A stretch of DNA of 64,000 bases from Callorhinchus milii. Its lineage: Eukaryota. The stretch is from NCBI RefSeq assembly GCF_018977255.1, contig NW_024704742.1:85686001-85750000 (forward strand), read 5' to 3'. Made by a program: the position numbers and the translations under genes. The notes under the pieces are model-generated. The model saw only the letters and a list, made by a program, of their open reading frames with translations. It searched no databases and was not told the origin of the DNA. Every line of letters begins with the position of its first letter. The first letter of the stretch is position 1. This document shows, one piece after another, positions 23,336 through 37,249 of this stretch.

Positions 23336-25890
23336 TTACTTTCTTAATCCTGTTTAAAATCTTGTATTAGTATCTCTGTAAGGGCACCTCTGGGGTGTCT
23401 CTTTTTACGGTTGAAGAGCTTATTCCTCTTAACAATCATTGCTCCTCTCTGCACTAACTATATGACCTAGGCTGCTCCTTATACCAATGCTCCGAGATTT
23501 TATTATACATGAAGGACACCATACAAATGCAGGTTCTTGTTGTGTTGATGGAAGCAGAACTGTACGCAGTAATCCAGGTGGAGCTTGGCTAGAGCACTGT
23601 ACAGTTTGAGTATGACTTCCAGAGAGCTCAACCTGACTGGTTTGGCACAATGTCACAGCATCCTGTTTCCTTATTGTTTTCCTGCTTTATACTTTTCGTG
23701 TTTCTCTTCCTTCTTACAACTGGCCTGAAAGGTATATAATTCTGGTATGATCTATCTGTGGATCTGGGACAAGATGTCTGTGAAACTGTCTGCCGCTTGG
23801 TTGAACAGTGTGTTCATTGTCCTGATGCAGTCACGTATACTGTTGAGTCAATAACTCTGCATTTCTCAAGGCAATTTGCAAAAGCTATTAAGTTAGTCTG
23901 TCTGCATAACATATTATTCCAAAGAATTCTCTAGGATTTCTATGCATTGTGTAACTCCCGTAGCTCGGGCTCCCCAGTCAGCTGTGTGAAACGCTTTGAA
24001 ACATATTCACGGCATGAAAGATAGCTGTTGTTTTGCATGAGGCAATTGGTAAAGGCAGTGTCACCACCAGACAGTTTCTTTACCATTTGAGCCATCAGAC
24101 ATTTTATCATTTGTCTGTGATAAAGCCATCAAAGGCCCAGGTTATGCCCTGGTCTCTGCATGCACAGTATTAGCTGATCTCACCTGGGGTGAGAGGGGCA
24201 TAGATGGAAAGATCTGTATGTGTGATATGTAGGTCTGGTATCGTCAGTACAGTTTCATGCACTTCTGCTTATATATACCTGCTGATAGTTGAATACCAGG
24301 GAGCTAGGTGTACAACAGTGGTGAGTCTTATGTCTGTAGCTGCTGTGGTGAACTCCTGTGTGTTGTATATTAACACCAAATTCAGCTCAATTAAGCTCTT
24401 TTTTTAGCAATGTGGCTGGTTTAGAAATTCCTGCTCCCAAAACAAAAACAAATGGAGGTAAGAGAAATCCTATTGGATGTTAAGCAGAGCAGCTTGCAAT
24501 CTGATCAGTCTGTTGAGGACAAGGGCCACTTGGGATATAGAACTACTCCCTTTCTTCTTTGTCTGTCTGATGGTCACGTGAACTTGTGTTTGAACTCTGA
24601 GGAGAACCATTCCCAAAACACAATAGACCCACAAACTGAGAAATGGATCATTCTTATCCAATATTCGTTTCTGCTGTGGCGGTGTTCATATTAACATTTT
24701 ACTGCATTAAAGTTTGGTTTCAGTAACTAGTGTAAAGTGAGCCTGTACAATCCACAGCTGATATTTGCATTCTGCTTCCCCGAGATGCTACCCCGTGTCA
24801 AGGGTGCTATATAAGTGCAATTTGTTATTCTTGTTGTCTGTTCCATTAACAAACCCTAAAATCAAGATCTCTCAAGCATAATGGGCAGATATGGACCTTT
24901 AAGCTGTTTAGCATGTTTGCCTGTGAGGTCCCAGTCAAATATATGTGATTGTTTGCATTGTGCGTGCCTGTGTAGAACCAGAGAAATTTATAACACAGAC
25001 TCTCTAGTCCATTCAGTGTATGTTTCTTTAAATGCATGGTAATTAATACAGTTACAACATAGCCCCAGCTCACCAGGTATCCAATCGATCGGGAAACAGA
25101 GCAAAGGTCAACACCTGATGTGTGCAGTTGGAAAATTCCACCTTCTTCCAGTGGTGTGGTATCACGTACGGTTCAAGAAATGCTCAAAACCGATGCACCT
25201 GCCCCAGAAAAAAAGTCTTCCCCTGGCTAACCTTTTCATTTGTTCTGACAGCTTGCTGGCATGTAGTGTCTCTTCTAAAGTTTCACTGGTGTTAGGTCAC
25301 TGAACGATAGTTGCTTCTCTTAGGCTGTGCAAAACACAGAGACTGGGCAGACAGACACTCTCTTCGTGCCTGGCAGGACCCACCTTTCTTTCCACTGCAG
25401 TTTTTGCACGCACTTCCTCCTCTGATCTGCCTCTCAATCATCTATCTCCATTTAATTAATTGAGTTTGCTTGGTTTAAGTCACGGAAAAGAAACACAATC
25501 TTTGCTCCTCTGATGGTAGTGGCAGGAGGTAATGGCAGCGCATTAAGAGATGCACACCAAACTCTTCACGTGTAGATCCCGGGCTGCGCTACACTGTGTG
25601 AGCTGATCTCAGCCAGGGTATCCCTTGCCCACCGCCAGTTTACAGAGGTTCCTGATCTAGAGCCCCTCACTGAAAAATGCCCCTGTGGGTTCACATTACT
25701 TCCTGTGTACAATTGGCTGCCGCGTTTCGCCCATATAATACAACAGTCACTCCACTTTACAATATATTCAGTAAAGCACTTTGAGATGTCTCAACGGCGT
25801 GATAAGATGCTACATAAAATGCAAGTATTATTATGATTATTTACGCAGGAAATACCGTTTACTTAATTTTACTTCCTGCGCACATGTACT

Positions 25891-26137
25891 GTCTGGAATT
25901 CCATCCCCCAATCACTCCGCCTCGCCCCCTCCTTAACCTCCTTCAAGTCCCGCCTCAAAACCCTCCTCTTCGACCGTGCCATTGGTCACCCCCCTTCCAC
26001 CTCCCCTCCCTTCTCCCCCCCCCCCCACCCCGACCCCAGTTCGGGTCCGAAATGCTGTACATTGTCCAGCGCCTTGGGACGTCCTCCCAACGTGAAAGGC
26101 GCTATACAAATGTAATCTTGTTTTTGTTGTTGTTGCT
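25891..26137 (+). mobile_element. L2 type A 3' fragment (low divergence)
   Basis: Near-identical to the 3' end of 38230-38984. Confidence 0.9.
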
Positions 26138-27034
26138 GTATACAAGGATGTGTCACAGATGTTAATTCCTGCATGCATGTACTGCATAAGCAGGGAATAC
26201 CACTTAGGTTACTTTCTGTACACATATACTATATACGCAGGAAGAGCTGCTGACATTAATTCCTGCATGTTATGTTTTTTTTAATGTTTATTTTCTGTGA
26301 GGAGCATCTGAAGTGGTGGCTCTTGTGGGTTTTGGTCCCTGTATACAAGGAAGTGATTGTACCCATCCTAGCTCATTGGGAAAGTTATCACTTTTGCCTC
26401 AGCAAAATAGCTGCTCTGTGTAACTTTGGAACATTGGTGCACATGTGGTTTAAGCTTCAGGGTGGTTCACCTCAGATCGATCCTGCGCTTATTCAACCAC
26501 TGCATGCACAAGTGCTCAAATAGAACTCTGTGCAGCGATCAGGAGATGGGTATCTGGTTAATTTATTCCCCTCTCCAACCCAGATGCTGAAGCCAGTTAT
26601 GTCACCCAGACTCACAGCTTGGCTGATTGACTGCTACTGGAAGATTTGTTTGTTTGCTTGCATTTCACCCACAGTCAATTCACATTACAGTATATTCTGT
26701 GAAGTGGTTTGAAATGTCTCAACTTTGTGATAAGGCCCTATATATCAAATGCAAGGATTATTATTATCTGATAACTTTTATTTTGATTCCTTCACATATA
26801 CCCCCGTCTCACTACCACCAGCAAGCACACTCAACATATATATGGTTAAACTTTAAAATGGCTTTGCCTCTTATTTGCAATGAATAATTAAAAGGCCTGT
26901 CTGTAGCTGTTAACCTTGGGTAATTTGCTGCCATTAGTATCATGGAAGATATCTTGATGGTGCAGAGCAGATTGCCTGCCTTATTCTTGGTAACTCAGGA
27001 TGTTTAATGCAAATCTTTGTTTCATTGATGAGAC

Positions 27035-27233
27035 GTCCCAAAACTCTGGAACACTCATCCTCCATCCCTCCACCTTGCCCCTTCCTTCCCCATCAACCTG
27101 AAAACCTTCCTCTTTGACCGTGCCTATGATCACCTCCCCCCTCCTGCCGGCTTAGCATCATGCTCCACCACTGTCAAGCGCTCTGGGGCGCTACCCTGAG
27201 TAAGGGGCGCTATAGAAATATAAAGTTGTTGTT
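27035..27233 (+). mobile_element. L2 type B 3' fragment
   Basis: aagcgctctggggcgctaccctgagtaaggggcgctat tail. Confidence 0.8.
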
Positions 27234-27609
27234 GAGAAATGACAGGTGATTCTCTTCTCAAGTGAAGCTAGTTTTTTACTTCTTTGAACAGATCTGAATC
27301 CAAATCGTGGCAGACAATTCCTCCTGATATTTATATGTTTTTCTGCATCCCAGGCTCAGCTTACACCAGGCCAGGGAGAGCCTCTATTTGCTACATGTTC
27401 CTGTGGTTAAGTGGGGCCTGTATGACCAGTGACGTATTGTTGGATCTGTTTCACTTGTGAGGAAATGTTTTCTGCTCTCAGCACTTATACACTCTCTGAG
27501 TCTTTCCTGTTTGTAGTATCACTCTTTGTAGACTGCATATTTGTTTTTGTTCCAGTAGGATACGGTTCAAGTAGGGTAATGTACCGTCAGGCTAAAGTTC
27601 TGATAGGGT

Positions 27610-27840
27610 ATAATAATAATCCTTGCATTTGATGTAGCGTCTTATCACGTCTTCGAGACATCTCAAAGCACTTCACAGAATATACTGTAAAGTGAATTGA
27701 CTGTATGTTTTGTTAGCAAAATGCAGCAGCCAATTGCACTCAGTAGTTTCCCGCGCACAGTTGTGAATTAAGTGACTAGTTTTTTTTTAGGGATTATTAC
27801 CCCTGGAAAGCGATCCAAAGTGAATTGACTGTGTATTTTT
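27610..27840 (-). mobile_element. tRNA-SINE 3' part
   Basis: Homology to the SINE tail and body. Confidence 0.8.
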
Positions 27841-28162
27841 GTGGGTGAAATTAATTTATTTAAAATTAATTTAACATAAATTCATTGGTGATTTGGGGGT
27901 TTTGCTCCATGTAAAACAGTTGCTGAGTACTATCCTATCCTAAATTCATTCAAAAATGTGGAAAAATAGCTCCACGCAAGAGCAATCATAAGTAAGTCTT
28001 GTGCAGAAAATCCCGTGACCAGCTCTCTGAACACGTTCAATTAAGTTACATTTTGATGAGGTTCAACACAAGGTCCCTGTTTGCCCGCCCAGTGACTATA
28101 GCACAAGATTTTGTTTGTCAATTGAGAACAGTTCAATTCACAGAAGGTTGTGCAGGCAGCGA

Positions 28163-28672
28163 TAATAATAATAATCCTTGCATTCAATATAGTTCTTTAT
28201 CACCTCATTGAAACGTTTTGAAGCCCTTCATAGGATTTACTGTAAAGTGTAATTTGTATATATTTGCAGGCAAAAGTTCCAGCCAATTAGCACACAACAA
28301 TGTAAAACAGCCATGAAGTGAGTAACCAATTTATCAGGGGGGTTTTGGTAGCCAGGGCATCAGGAGAATCTACCCTTCTCTTTTATAATAATGCCATGGG
28401 ATCTTTAATATGCACCTGAACAAGCAGAAGGGCCTCGGTTTAATGTGTCACCTGAGGGATGGCACCACCAGCATTCCAATGCATCCCCAGAATTGCATCC
28501 CCAGAATTGCATTGGAGTGTCATCTCAGCATCTTATCCAAAGCATAGGACCTCCAGAATAAAAATACGCCTCCACTATGGCCTTCCGGGCTTTGAACTCA
28601 AGATCCCAATGTAAAGCTTAAACCCAAAAGCCTCTGAAACAGAGACAGGAATGCTAACCACTGAGCCGGGCT
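28163..28672 (-). mobile_element. DeuSINE-type SINE
   Basis: tgccatgggatctttaatatgcacctgaacaagcagaagggcctcggtttaatg; head near gctaaccactgagccgggctg. Confidence 0.7.
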
Positions 28673-30214
28673 GCCATTTGGATTACTTATTAATAAATGA
28701 AGATCCCAACGTACTGTTTAAGATTCCAATGACGTGCTTCTATACTTCAAAATTCAATTAATCAACTCTTTTAAAGTGTATCGGGTCACATTTGTAAAAA
28801 CAAACATAGTGAACAAAGGAGATGAGCAATTAGCTGTGAACTTTGTACATGGAACGCATAGAACAAGAGTCCTGCTCGAGTTTATTGTTCTTTAGCTTCA
28901 AGGGAACGAGTGCATCTCATGCAATGTTTACCAATCCATAACTTTTGATCCAGTTTACTATGGTTGATACACATTTCTGTGGTCTGATCATACTTGTGTG
29001 CTGATGTTTTTCGAAGTCGTGACTTTACTTTCCTGGGTGTTGGACCAGCCCTGGTTTCTGGGCAGCTCCACACAGACCAGTGGTGACAAAACCAGTTATT
29101 TGCAGCCACAAATCTGTTCCGTGCCTGGAGACTTTTGCATGGATGTCTCGGGAGCTGTAGCCTCCTGCAATATTGGGGTGAAGTCACAGCTTGGGAATGG
29201 AACATAGGAACATGGGAAAGTAGAAACAAGAGGAGGTCATTCAGCCCATTGAGCTTGTTTAAACTAGTAGATTAGATGCCATCATTTGGAAGAGACTGAA
29301 AACTGAGGTTCTGTTGGTTCCCGGAGGTTCAAATTGGCATTATAGATCCCATGGGACCATTTGAAAAAAAAAGGGAATTTTTCCCTGTGACCTGGCCAGC
29401 GATGTCACACAAACAGACATGATATAAATGACCAAGTTTTTTTTNACTCTGAGGAATTGTTGGCCAGGACACTTGGAGAAACTCCCTTCTCTTTTCGAAT
29501 AGTGTTATGGGATCCACCTGAACAGGCTGACAGGAACTTAAATGAGGTTAAACGTCTCATCCGACAATTACCTTGAGATGTTTTGACAATGCAAGTTGTT
29601 GTTATTGTTGACTATTCTAGCTTACCTTCTCCCGTACATGATGGCAGATACAAAAAAGACCACTGCGAGTGAGATTGGTAACTCCTCCACCCTGCTCTGG
29701 GAGGCAGTTTGCCAGAGATACAATTCTGCCTGAATGTGGTGACTTCTTCGCAATACAGTAAACTTTTGATGACTCATCACTCCAAGGGAAAAGTCCTCAG
29801 TAACCAGTTATCCAGAGCGGGCAGTTAGGCATAGGTTTTCCTGGGCTATGACTGGTGTGGCCGCTTGGAGGAGGTTGGGCATGCATGCTCAGATACATCA
29901 CATCTGATCCATTGGAGGGCTGGGCCCTGGCCTCCCATCCTATCCTGTTGCAGAGGCTTTTGGTCTATTGGAGGGCTGCGCTGTGGCCTCCCGCCCTATC
30001 CTGTCAGAGCGTAGGGTGGGAGGCCATGTTGCGGCCCTTCAATAGACCAGAGACCTCCGCAATGAATCTGAGCAGGCACAACCAAACCTCCGCTGAGCAC
30101 TCACACCAGACACAGGATGTAAGATGCCATCTTATAGTATTAGTTATTCAGTCAATGTTATATTGTAACTTCCTACAAGAATTTCTAGATTGCGACTAGT
30201 TATTCCGCTTGGCT

Positions 30215-30507
30215 GGTTCTAGCCTCTTGTTTGTTCCTTGTGCCCTCTGCTCCAGCATCGGTAGTCGTGCCTTCAGCCACTACAGCTCGAAACTCTGGAA
30301 CTCTCTCCTTCACCCACTCCATCTTGTCCCCTCCCTCCCTCCCACCCTCCCACTTTCAAATCCTGCCTAGAGACCTTCCTTTTTGATTGTGCTTACAGTC
30401 ATCTTTCCCCTCCCTTTCCTCATGGCTTGGTGTCAGACTGCACTATTGTCAAGCGCTCTGGGACGCTACCCCGCGTGAAGGTCGCTATATAAATGCAAGT
30501 TGTTGTG
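30215..30507 (+). mobile_element. L2 type B 3' fragment
   Basis: gccttcagccactacagctcgaaactctggaac...aagcgctctgggacgctaccccgcgtgaaggtcgctat. Confidence 0.8.
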
Positions 30508-31562
30508 TGTTAAGTAGAGTGTCAAGTAAAGCAGAGCCCCTTATTAACCATTTGCCTAGGGAGTGGCTGGGGTATTGACAGCATGGCTACTTAAGTGGTT
30601 GTGACTCATTAAGCCAGGGTCTTGTTACCAGGAGTTTACTGCAGTTCAACTGTCCCATAAATATTGCCTTTCGTGCTTAGTTTGCATGAGTTTAGTGCAT
30701 GTTTTAGATTTTTATTTTGTTTGGCAAACAAACGATTTAGTCTGCAAATCTGTGTTGGATACGCGTAACATTTTCCACTTTCCTGGAGAAACTCCCTTCT
30801 CTTTTCGAATAGTGTTACGAGATCTTTAACATCCACCTGAACAGGCAGGCAGGAACTCAGTTTATTCCGAAAATTATCTGCCAATCTAGTTTGAGACTTT
30901 GTGTGATGTCTGTGCAAGTTGCTGCTAAATGGTTGGACTTGTGAACAATACGAGGAGAAATAAGGGATGCAGGACTCTGTCTGCTCAAAGGGTTAATTGA
31001 TGCTCTCTGGGCTCCTGTTGTAAAGGCTGATAGGAAGTGTTGCAGCTTCCAGTGTTACAGGGAGTGCTGCTCGCTACTTCTGGAAGCTGCACTCCACCCG
31101 ATATCCAAATAGTAAACCGTTTGGGCTTGGCCTGAAGTAATACTAACTTGTCCAAACATGTGCTCTCGGGGGAGGCTTGGGGGGTGGAGTTGACTGAGGA
31201 TGTTTTAAAAATAGTAAATCACAGCACTAACTTTCTGTTGAGATAATAATAACTTACATATTTACAGTGCCTTTCTGGCCAAATAAATACTGTACCATGA
31301 AGCGCTTTACAATTAAAATGGATTTGGAATGAAGTGATTGTTCTGGAGGTGAAGGCAGCAGCTAATCTGCCCCGAGCGACATCCTTTGAACAACAATGAG
31401 CCGAGTAGCTGATTAACTTGAATTTTAGGGTGAATAGGGGTAAGGAGGGGAATGTAAAACAGGATAACCGGGAGAAAGACTCCACAGTCCCGAAATTCCA
31501 CCTTGTCCTTAGTCTGTAAGAACTTGTAATATTAACATTTAAATGCCATAGAGTTGTGGAAA

Positions 31563-31926
31563 ATAATAATAATATTCCTGCATTTGATATTACGCCTTAT
31601 CATGTCTTTGAGGGGTCTCAAACCGCTTCACAGGATATACTGTAAAGTGAATCGACTGTATATTTTCTGGGCGAACCATGGCAATTGTGCACAGCAGTGT
31701 CCCACAAACAGTCGTGGATTGAGTGTCTACATTTTTTTTGTGGGATTAATACTCCTGGAAAAGCGATCCTCTATCGACCACCAACCAGTTTCCTACTTAC
31801 TGCAAGATAAACCGAGGTGTGTGGAGTAAGGAAACTTGGCTAATGTTTTACCCAGCCCAGAAATCGAACCCAGATCCTCTTGCTTGCAAGGCGAGTGCTC
31901 TAACCACTGAGCTACAGGACTCCACA
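31563..31926 (-). mobile_element. tRNA-derived SINE, long subfamily, full length
   Basis: Head ...ctaaccactgagctacaggactccac, body and tail all present. Confidence 0.88.
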
Positions 31927-32167
31927 AGTTCTTCAATCTGGTTCTAAGTTAGAAAAACATAGTTCTTCGTAAGAATTGTGGAAAACTAATTTCCAAATTA
32001 AGACTGCTTTTCTTTGGAATTGGCCCCTTAATGTCTGACCTACAAATAGACAGTCACTACACTTTACAGAAAAGCTTGCGAAGCACTCTGAGTGGTTCTT
32101 GACATTATAGGAGCTACGTCAAATGCAAGTATTATTATTAATGTTCACAATGCAGATTGAATCTATA

Positions 32168-32525
32168 TCAACAACAACTTGAATTTATATCACGCTCTTC
32201 ACTAAAGTTAGTATTTTGGACCGCTTAACAATGATGGAGCTTGACACCAAGCCGTGGAGAGGGAGGAGGTGACTGTAAGTACGGTCAACGACGAAGGTCT
32301 TCAGGCGTGATCTGAAAAAGGAGAAGGATGGGGCGGTGGAGGGATTGAGGGAGAGAGATCCAATGTTATGGGGCGTAGTGGCTGAAATCACGATCGCCAA
32401 TGGTGAAGCGAAAGGGTCGAGGGATAAGCAGGAGGCTGGAGCTGGTTGAGCGGAAGTGGCAGGTGGTGGAGTGAGGAGTAAGCAGGTTGGAGAGGTAGGG
32501 AGGTTCCAGAGCTTGAAGGGATTTG
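32168..32525 (-). mobile_element. L2 type B 3' fragment
   Basis: Reverse complement of the type B tail and C-terminal ORF2. Confidence 0.75.
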
Positions 32526-32899
32526 TGGGAAAAAAAATTGGTGCCAATCCAGAAATAAATCAGAAATTTTACATATATTAGAGAGTATTGTTATGTAGAC
32601 AGTTACTGGGTTACACTACTCCAGGGAAGGAAAATTAGACGTTGCCCTGCTCACCGCTGCAGCTGGACGTGGAAGGATGAAAGTGCAGAGAGAGGTCTCT
32701 GGGCTGAGCTGTGAAGAGATGAATCACATTGTGGTGGTGGGGGCGTACTTTTGCAGGCCAACAATATAATTGAAGAGCTGGTAATCACTTATCTCACCCA
32801 GCTGTTCCTGGTTTGTGAGCTAATGTGTTTTCCGCGGGCCAGACCAGTCAACAGACTGGTTGCAAATCTCATCCCTTGGTGAAGTGCACCTCTGGCCTC

Positions 32900-33637
32900 A
32901 GCCAACCAATCGCAGGTTCACACTCCACCTTCCTAAGCCAGTCCAGAACCTTGGGGTCTTGTTTGACCCTCAACTGCCTTCCCCCAGCTCCGCAATCGCC
33001 CGGCTCTGCCATTGTTTCACACCGCAGGCCGTCGAAACCCTCATACACGCATTCATAACATCCAGGCTTGACTATGAAAACTCCTGGCTTGGTGGTCTCC
33101 CCAACTCCTCCCTCCACAGGCGGCAGATCATCCAGAACTCTGCAGCCCGTGTCCTCTCCCGCACTAGGTTCCATGACCCGATCACCCCCATCCTTGCCCA
33201 ACTCCACTGGCTTCCCATCACACAGAGAATACAGTTCAAGATCCTGGTCCTCACTTTCAAAGCCCTCCATGGCCTTGCTCACCCCTACCTCTGTGACTTC
33301 CTAACACCCTACCATCCTGCCTGCTCCCTCCACTCAACAGGCTCCGACCTGCTTCATGTCCCCCGCCTCTCTTGCCATTGGTAGGCAGGCCTTCTGCCAC
33401 TCTAACTCCCACTCTAGAACTCTGGAACTCCATCCCGCAGTCCCTCTGCCTCGCCCCATCCCTTGTCTCCTCCATCTCAAGACCCTTCTCTTCGACTGCT
33501 TTCAATCATCCTGCTTCCTCCCCTGCCCTCCGTCCTCCCCAATCCCAACGCCCAGCTCGGGTCCAAAACATTGACTATCCAGCGCCTTGGGATGTCCTCC
33601 CGACATGAAAGGAGCCATACAAATATAATTTTGTTGT
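32900..33637 (+). mobile_element. L2 type A 3' fragment
   Basis: VQNLGVLFDPQL, LIHAFITSRLDY and LHWLPITQRIQFKIL; tail present. Confidence 0.9.
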
Positions 33638-33794
33638 GAAGCAAAGGTTTTAGCTCCACCTTCTAATGACTATAGCCACATTCAAAGAGCTTCATCCAAG
33701 CATAAGGTTGCAGTTGCCCACAAAAATTAGTCAATAAACTTCACAGTATATCCTGTGAAGCTCTTTGAGCTGTCTTCCTGATGTGAAAGGCCTT

Positions 33795-33957
33795 AATAAT
33801 AATAATCCTTGCATTGATATAGCGCTTTTCACATCGGGAGGACGTCCCAAAGCGCTTCACAGAATATACTGTAAAGTGAATTGACTGAATATTTGTGGGC
33901 GAAACGCGGCAGCCAATTGCGCACAGCAATGTCCCACAAACAGTCATGGATTGACCA
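33795..33957 (-). mobile_element. 5'-truncated young SINE inserted antisense into an older SINE tail
   Basis: The older tail gtgaaaggcc...aaatgtaaggattattg is split by this copy. Confidence 0.75.
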
Positions 33958-34496
33958 AAATGTAAGGATTATTGTTAAGTGGAAAGTGTCAGCAAACTTA
34001 ACCAGAATCAAGCTGGTAAAATCCCCCTGCAACACTCTATGCATTCACCTACAAACACACAATCACTACACTTTGCAGTAAATCCTGTGAAACACTTTTG
34101 AGATATCCTGACATTAAAGGCACTATGTGACAGGTTTGCCTTTATGCAGTTATAATTGATAATAATCCCGGACTGGTCTCAACGATTTATCAAGCAGTTA
34201 TATAATCTAATTTAAATTAAAACTGTGCTCTTCACTGGGAAGGATTTTTCAACAAGGGAAGCTATTCAGTCCAGAATGACCATCTGCACTGCTTCCCCAA
34301 TGATATCCAGTTTCAGCTGTTCCCGACAACCTTAAGGTGCTTGTAGTCATTTGAGCCCTTCTTGTTTACTGATAAACTGTAGCTGCTGCAGCCACATGCT
34401 GTGTGTGAAACAGGAAGCAGAAGTCAACCCCTTTCTTTAATGGTGGTGTTACACTAAAATATCAAAAGAAGCTGAGTAACAGGAGAGGGGGAGGTA

Positions 34497-34828
34497 ACAA
34501 TAATAATAATAATAACAATAATCATAATCCTTGCATTTGATATAATGCCTAATCATGTTGTAGAGACATCTAAAAGTGTCTCACAAACAGTCGTGGATTG
34601 AGTGACCAAATTATTAGTTTTTTTTAAGGATTATTGTCCTCAGAAAAGTGATCCGCCAATCGACTAACAACCGGGTTCCTACTTACTGCTAGGTAAACAA
34701 AGGCGTGTGGAGTAAGGCGACTTGTCTAACATTTCGCCCTGCCGGGAATTGGAACCCAGGTCTCTCGCTTGCGAGGCGAGTGATCTAACCATCGAGGTAC
34801 AGGACTCCACAGGACTACAGGACTCCAT
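34497..34828 (-). mobile_element. tRNA-derived SINE, long subfamily, internally deleted
   Basis: Tail, body and head present; the 5' end tacaggactcca is duplicated. Confidence 0.8.
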
Positions 34829-34844
34829 GGTATATATACCATTT

Positions 34845-35380
34845 ATGCATGGAATTTCCCTGTGTCTGGAATGGAATGTGTTCCAGGCCCAGGAAAATTC
34901 TCCTTGGAGGGACACATCCTGTTTACCTGATTCCCAAGAGTACTAACTGCAAGTTGGGGAGAGCCAAGGTTTGAGGACTCCTGAGTGTGTGTTGTGGTAC
35001 AGGTACTGCTGGAATCTAACCATATAGTTTGCCTTTGATATCACTGTTTGGCAAGCTTTCCTGCTGCTTATCCAGCTAGGACCACACTACCCGTTAGGGC
35101 TTTGGCTTGAAGGGTTAACAGAAGCTGAGTGGGAAGAATGATTCTTGAGGCTGCCCTTCCAAGTTCTACCAAGACCAGCTGTGCTGTCATCAGCAGTACA
35201 CTGGAGTATTGCAGACCCACCTGGCTCAGGAACTGGACGAGAGACCGCCACAGAAGATTGACTCGATTCCCACATTCCATTGCCAAGCTTGTGGAGCCAT
35301 TTGAGTTCCAAGGAGACCCCATTTACCTCCCCTTCCTCCCCTCACCCCGGAGGATAGTAAAGGAGGCAGTGCAAGCCAGC
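34845..35380 (-). mobile_element. Unclassified retroposon family X
   Basis: Reverse complement aligns by eye to 20195-20830. Confidence 0.7.
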
Positions 35381-36869
35381 AGTGGGTTTACTCAAGAGCC
35401 TTCGTGCTTAGGGCTCAGATGGTGTTTCATTATAATCTCTGGTGTCTGTGATAACAAAGCTTTAAAAACATGAGCTCTACCCTTTACCCTTGAGTATGGG
35501 GGAGGGGGGGTATGAAATGCACATGCACTCTGCCCCCACAGCCACTGCACAGATGGTATTGCAATCCACTGGTAAAGGCAGCCGCCCAGCCCAGCTGTCC
35601 GATACCATTGACTGTGGTAATAAACCCACCAGCAACAATCAGAAAGGCAGCAGGCTCGACGGGTGCTGATTAGTTTTCGTGTTAATAAAGACAAACTGTT
35701 GAGATAGTTTACGCTTGACTGAATTTTCTTTCAACACTTTGTCCGGTGCCCTGGGGTTGGGGCGGGTGGGGGGGGGGAGCCTTTGTGGATGTGCTACAGG
35801 AGTAAAGAGAGTGAGTGAACGAATGAACGTGTGTGAAACAGACAGCTTTCTAGTGCCAACAACGTCTCGACCCCGCTTTTTCCTAAATAAAACATCCATC
35901 AGAAGTGAAAAACCTTCTGCACAGAGGAGCAGAGCAGGACTTGGAACAACAACAACGTCAAATTACATTTGTATAACGCCTTTCATGTCAGGAAGACATG
36001 TGATGTTAGAGGGGTTTGTCACAGGCTCTATGGAAACCACATGGGGATTACAACAACTTTTTACAATCAATTCTGAATGGTGTTGGATCTTACATACATG
36101 TGCAAGGCTTAGAACTGAAGTAGTTTTCTTTTCAATTGAGCTGTATGCAAGGCATTTTTTATTGTTCTACACTGGGAATTACACCGCTATTTCAGATTTA
36201 TGTGGCGTTGGTCAACGCATGTCAAATGTGTAAACCGAGAGCAGGGATACCAAAGCTGCAAGTGTGGCTGTACTCTGTGGACACATAAAAGAAGGTAGAC
36301 AAATACAGTAGTGTTAATAAAAGCTAGCACCGGATGATTAAGGCTGACCGATTGTCTGCCCCACTTTATCTGCTATTTTCCTGCACAAGATCCTCTGGTG
36401 ACAATCAGAGGAAAGACTCGTACACACTAAGAAGGAATACCTTCAAAGAGCACATAATAACCCATCCCAATCTACACTGATAGAGTAAGAAGGACAGAAT
36501 TCACTGCAGTCCATCTGTAAAACCGTACTGATTTTGGGAAGACCAGACATGGATTATAATAATCCCATAATTTTATCATTCAATCCACGACTGTTTGTGG
36601 GACACTGCTGTGCTGCATTTCGCCCACAAAAGTATACAGTCAATTCACTTTACAGTATATTCTATGAAGCACTTTGAGACGTCTCAACGATATCAAATGC
36701 AGAGATTATTATTATTATTATTTTTAACTCTTCCAGTCCTGTACTTTCCCATATTCCTATAAAGCTTTCTCTGGAAATGTTTCAATCACTTTTGAAGTCA
36801 TTTATTCCGTCTCAACGGAGCCTGTTCAGCGTCTGTGTTCACGGGCCCTGACACTGGCTTCTGGTGCCT

Positions 36870-37118
36870 TCATTGGCAGTGACCAGTTTTCCAGGCACCC
36901 CTCCCATGTATTTTGTTCCTCACCTCGGCTCTTGCCAACCTGCGGCTAAACTTTTCAGGATTGGGCAAATTTGTGTCCCTCTGAGAGAGAAAGTGTATGC
37001 TGCATTCCAGACAAATAGAAAACATTTGCATGTGGACTTCTCAGTCTGGTTTGGCCACTCTGAAGCAAATCTATGGATTTCCTTGTGGGTCAGACATCCT
37101 GCTGACCTCCCAAAAATA
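36870..37118 (+). mobile_element. Unclassified retroposon family X, diverged copy
   Basis: ggctcttgccaacctgcgg...gtgtccctc...ttctcagtctggtttgg...tcagacatcctgctgacc. Confidence 0.6.
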
Positions 37119-37249
37119 CATTCTGTAAAGATTGAGGTTATTATACACCATGTTCAAACACAGCTGTATTATGTGCCATGTGCAAACATGTGCAGGTGGA
37201 ACTATTGGTGCCCTTGTTTATGGAATTGACTGGTAATCCTTTTCATTGG

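Noticed and set aside
25844..26270. CRISPR-like repeat-spacer array
   Set aside because: Vertebrate DNA, degenerate repeats, spacers related to each other (A-B-A-B), and no cas genes.
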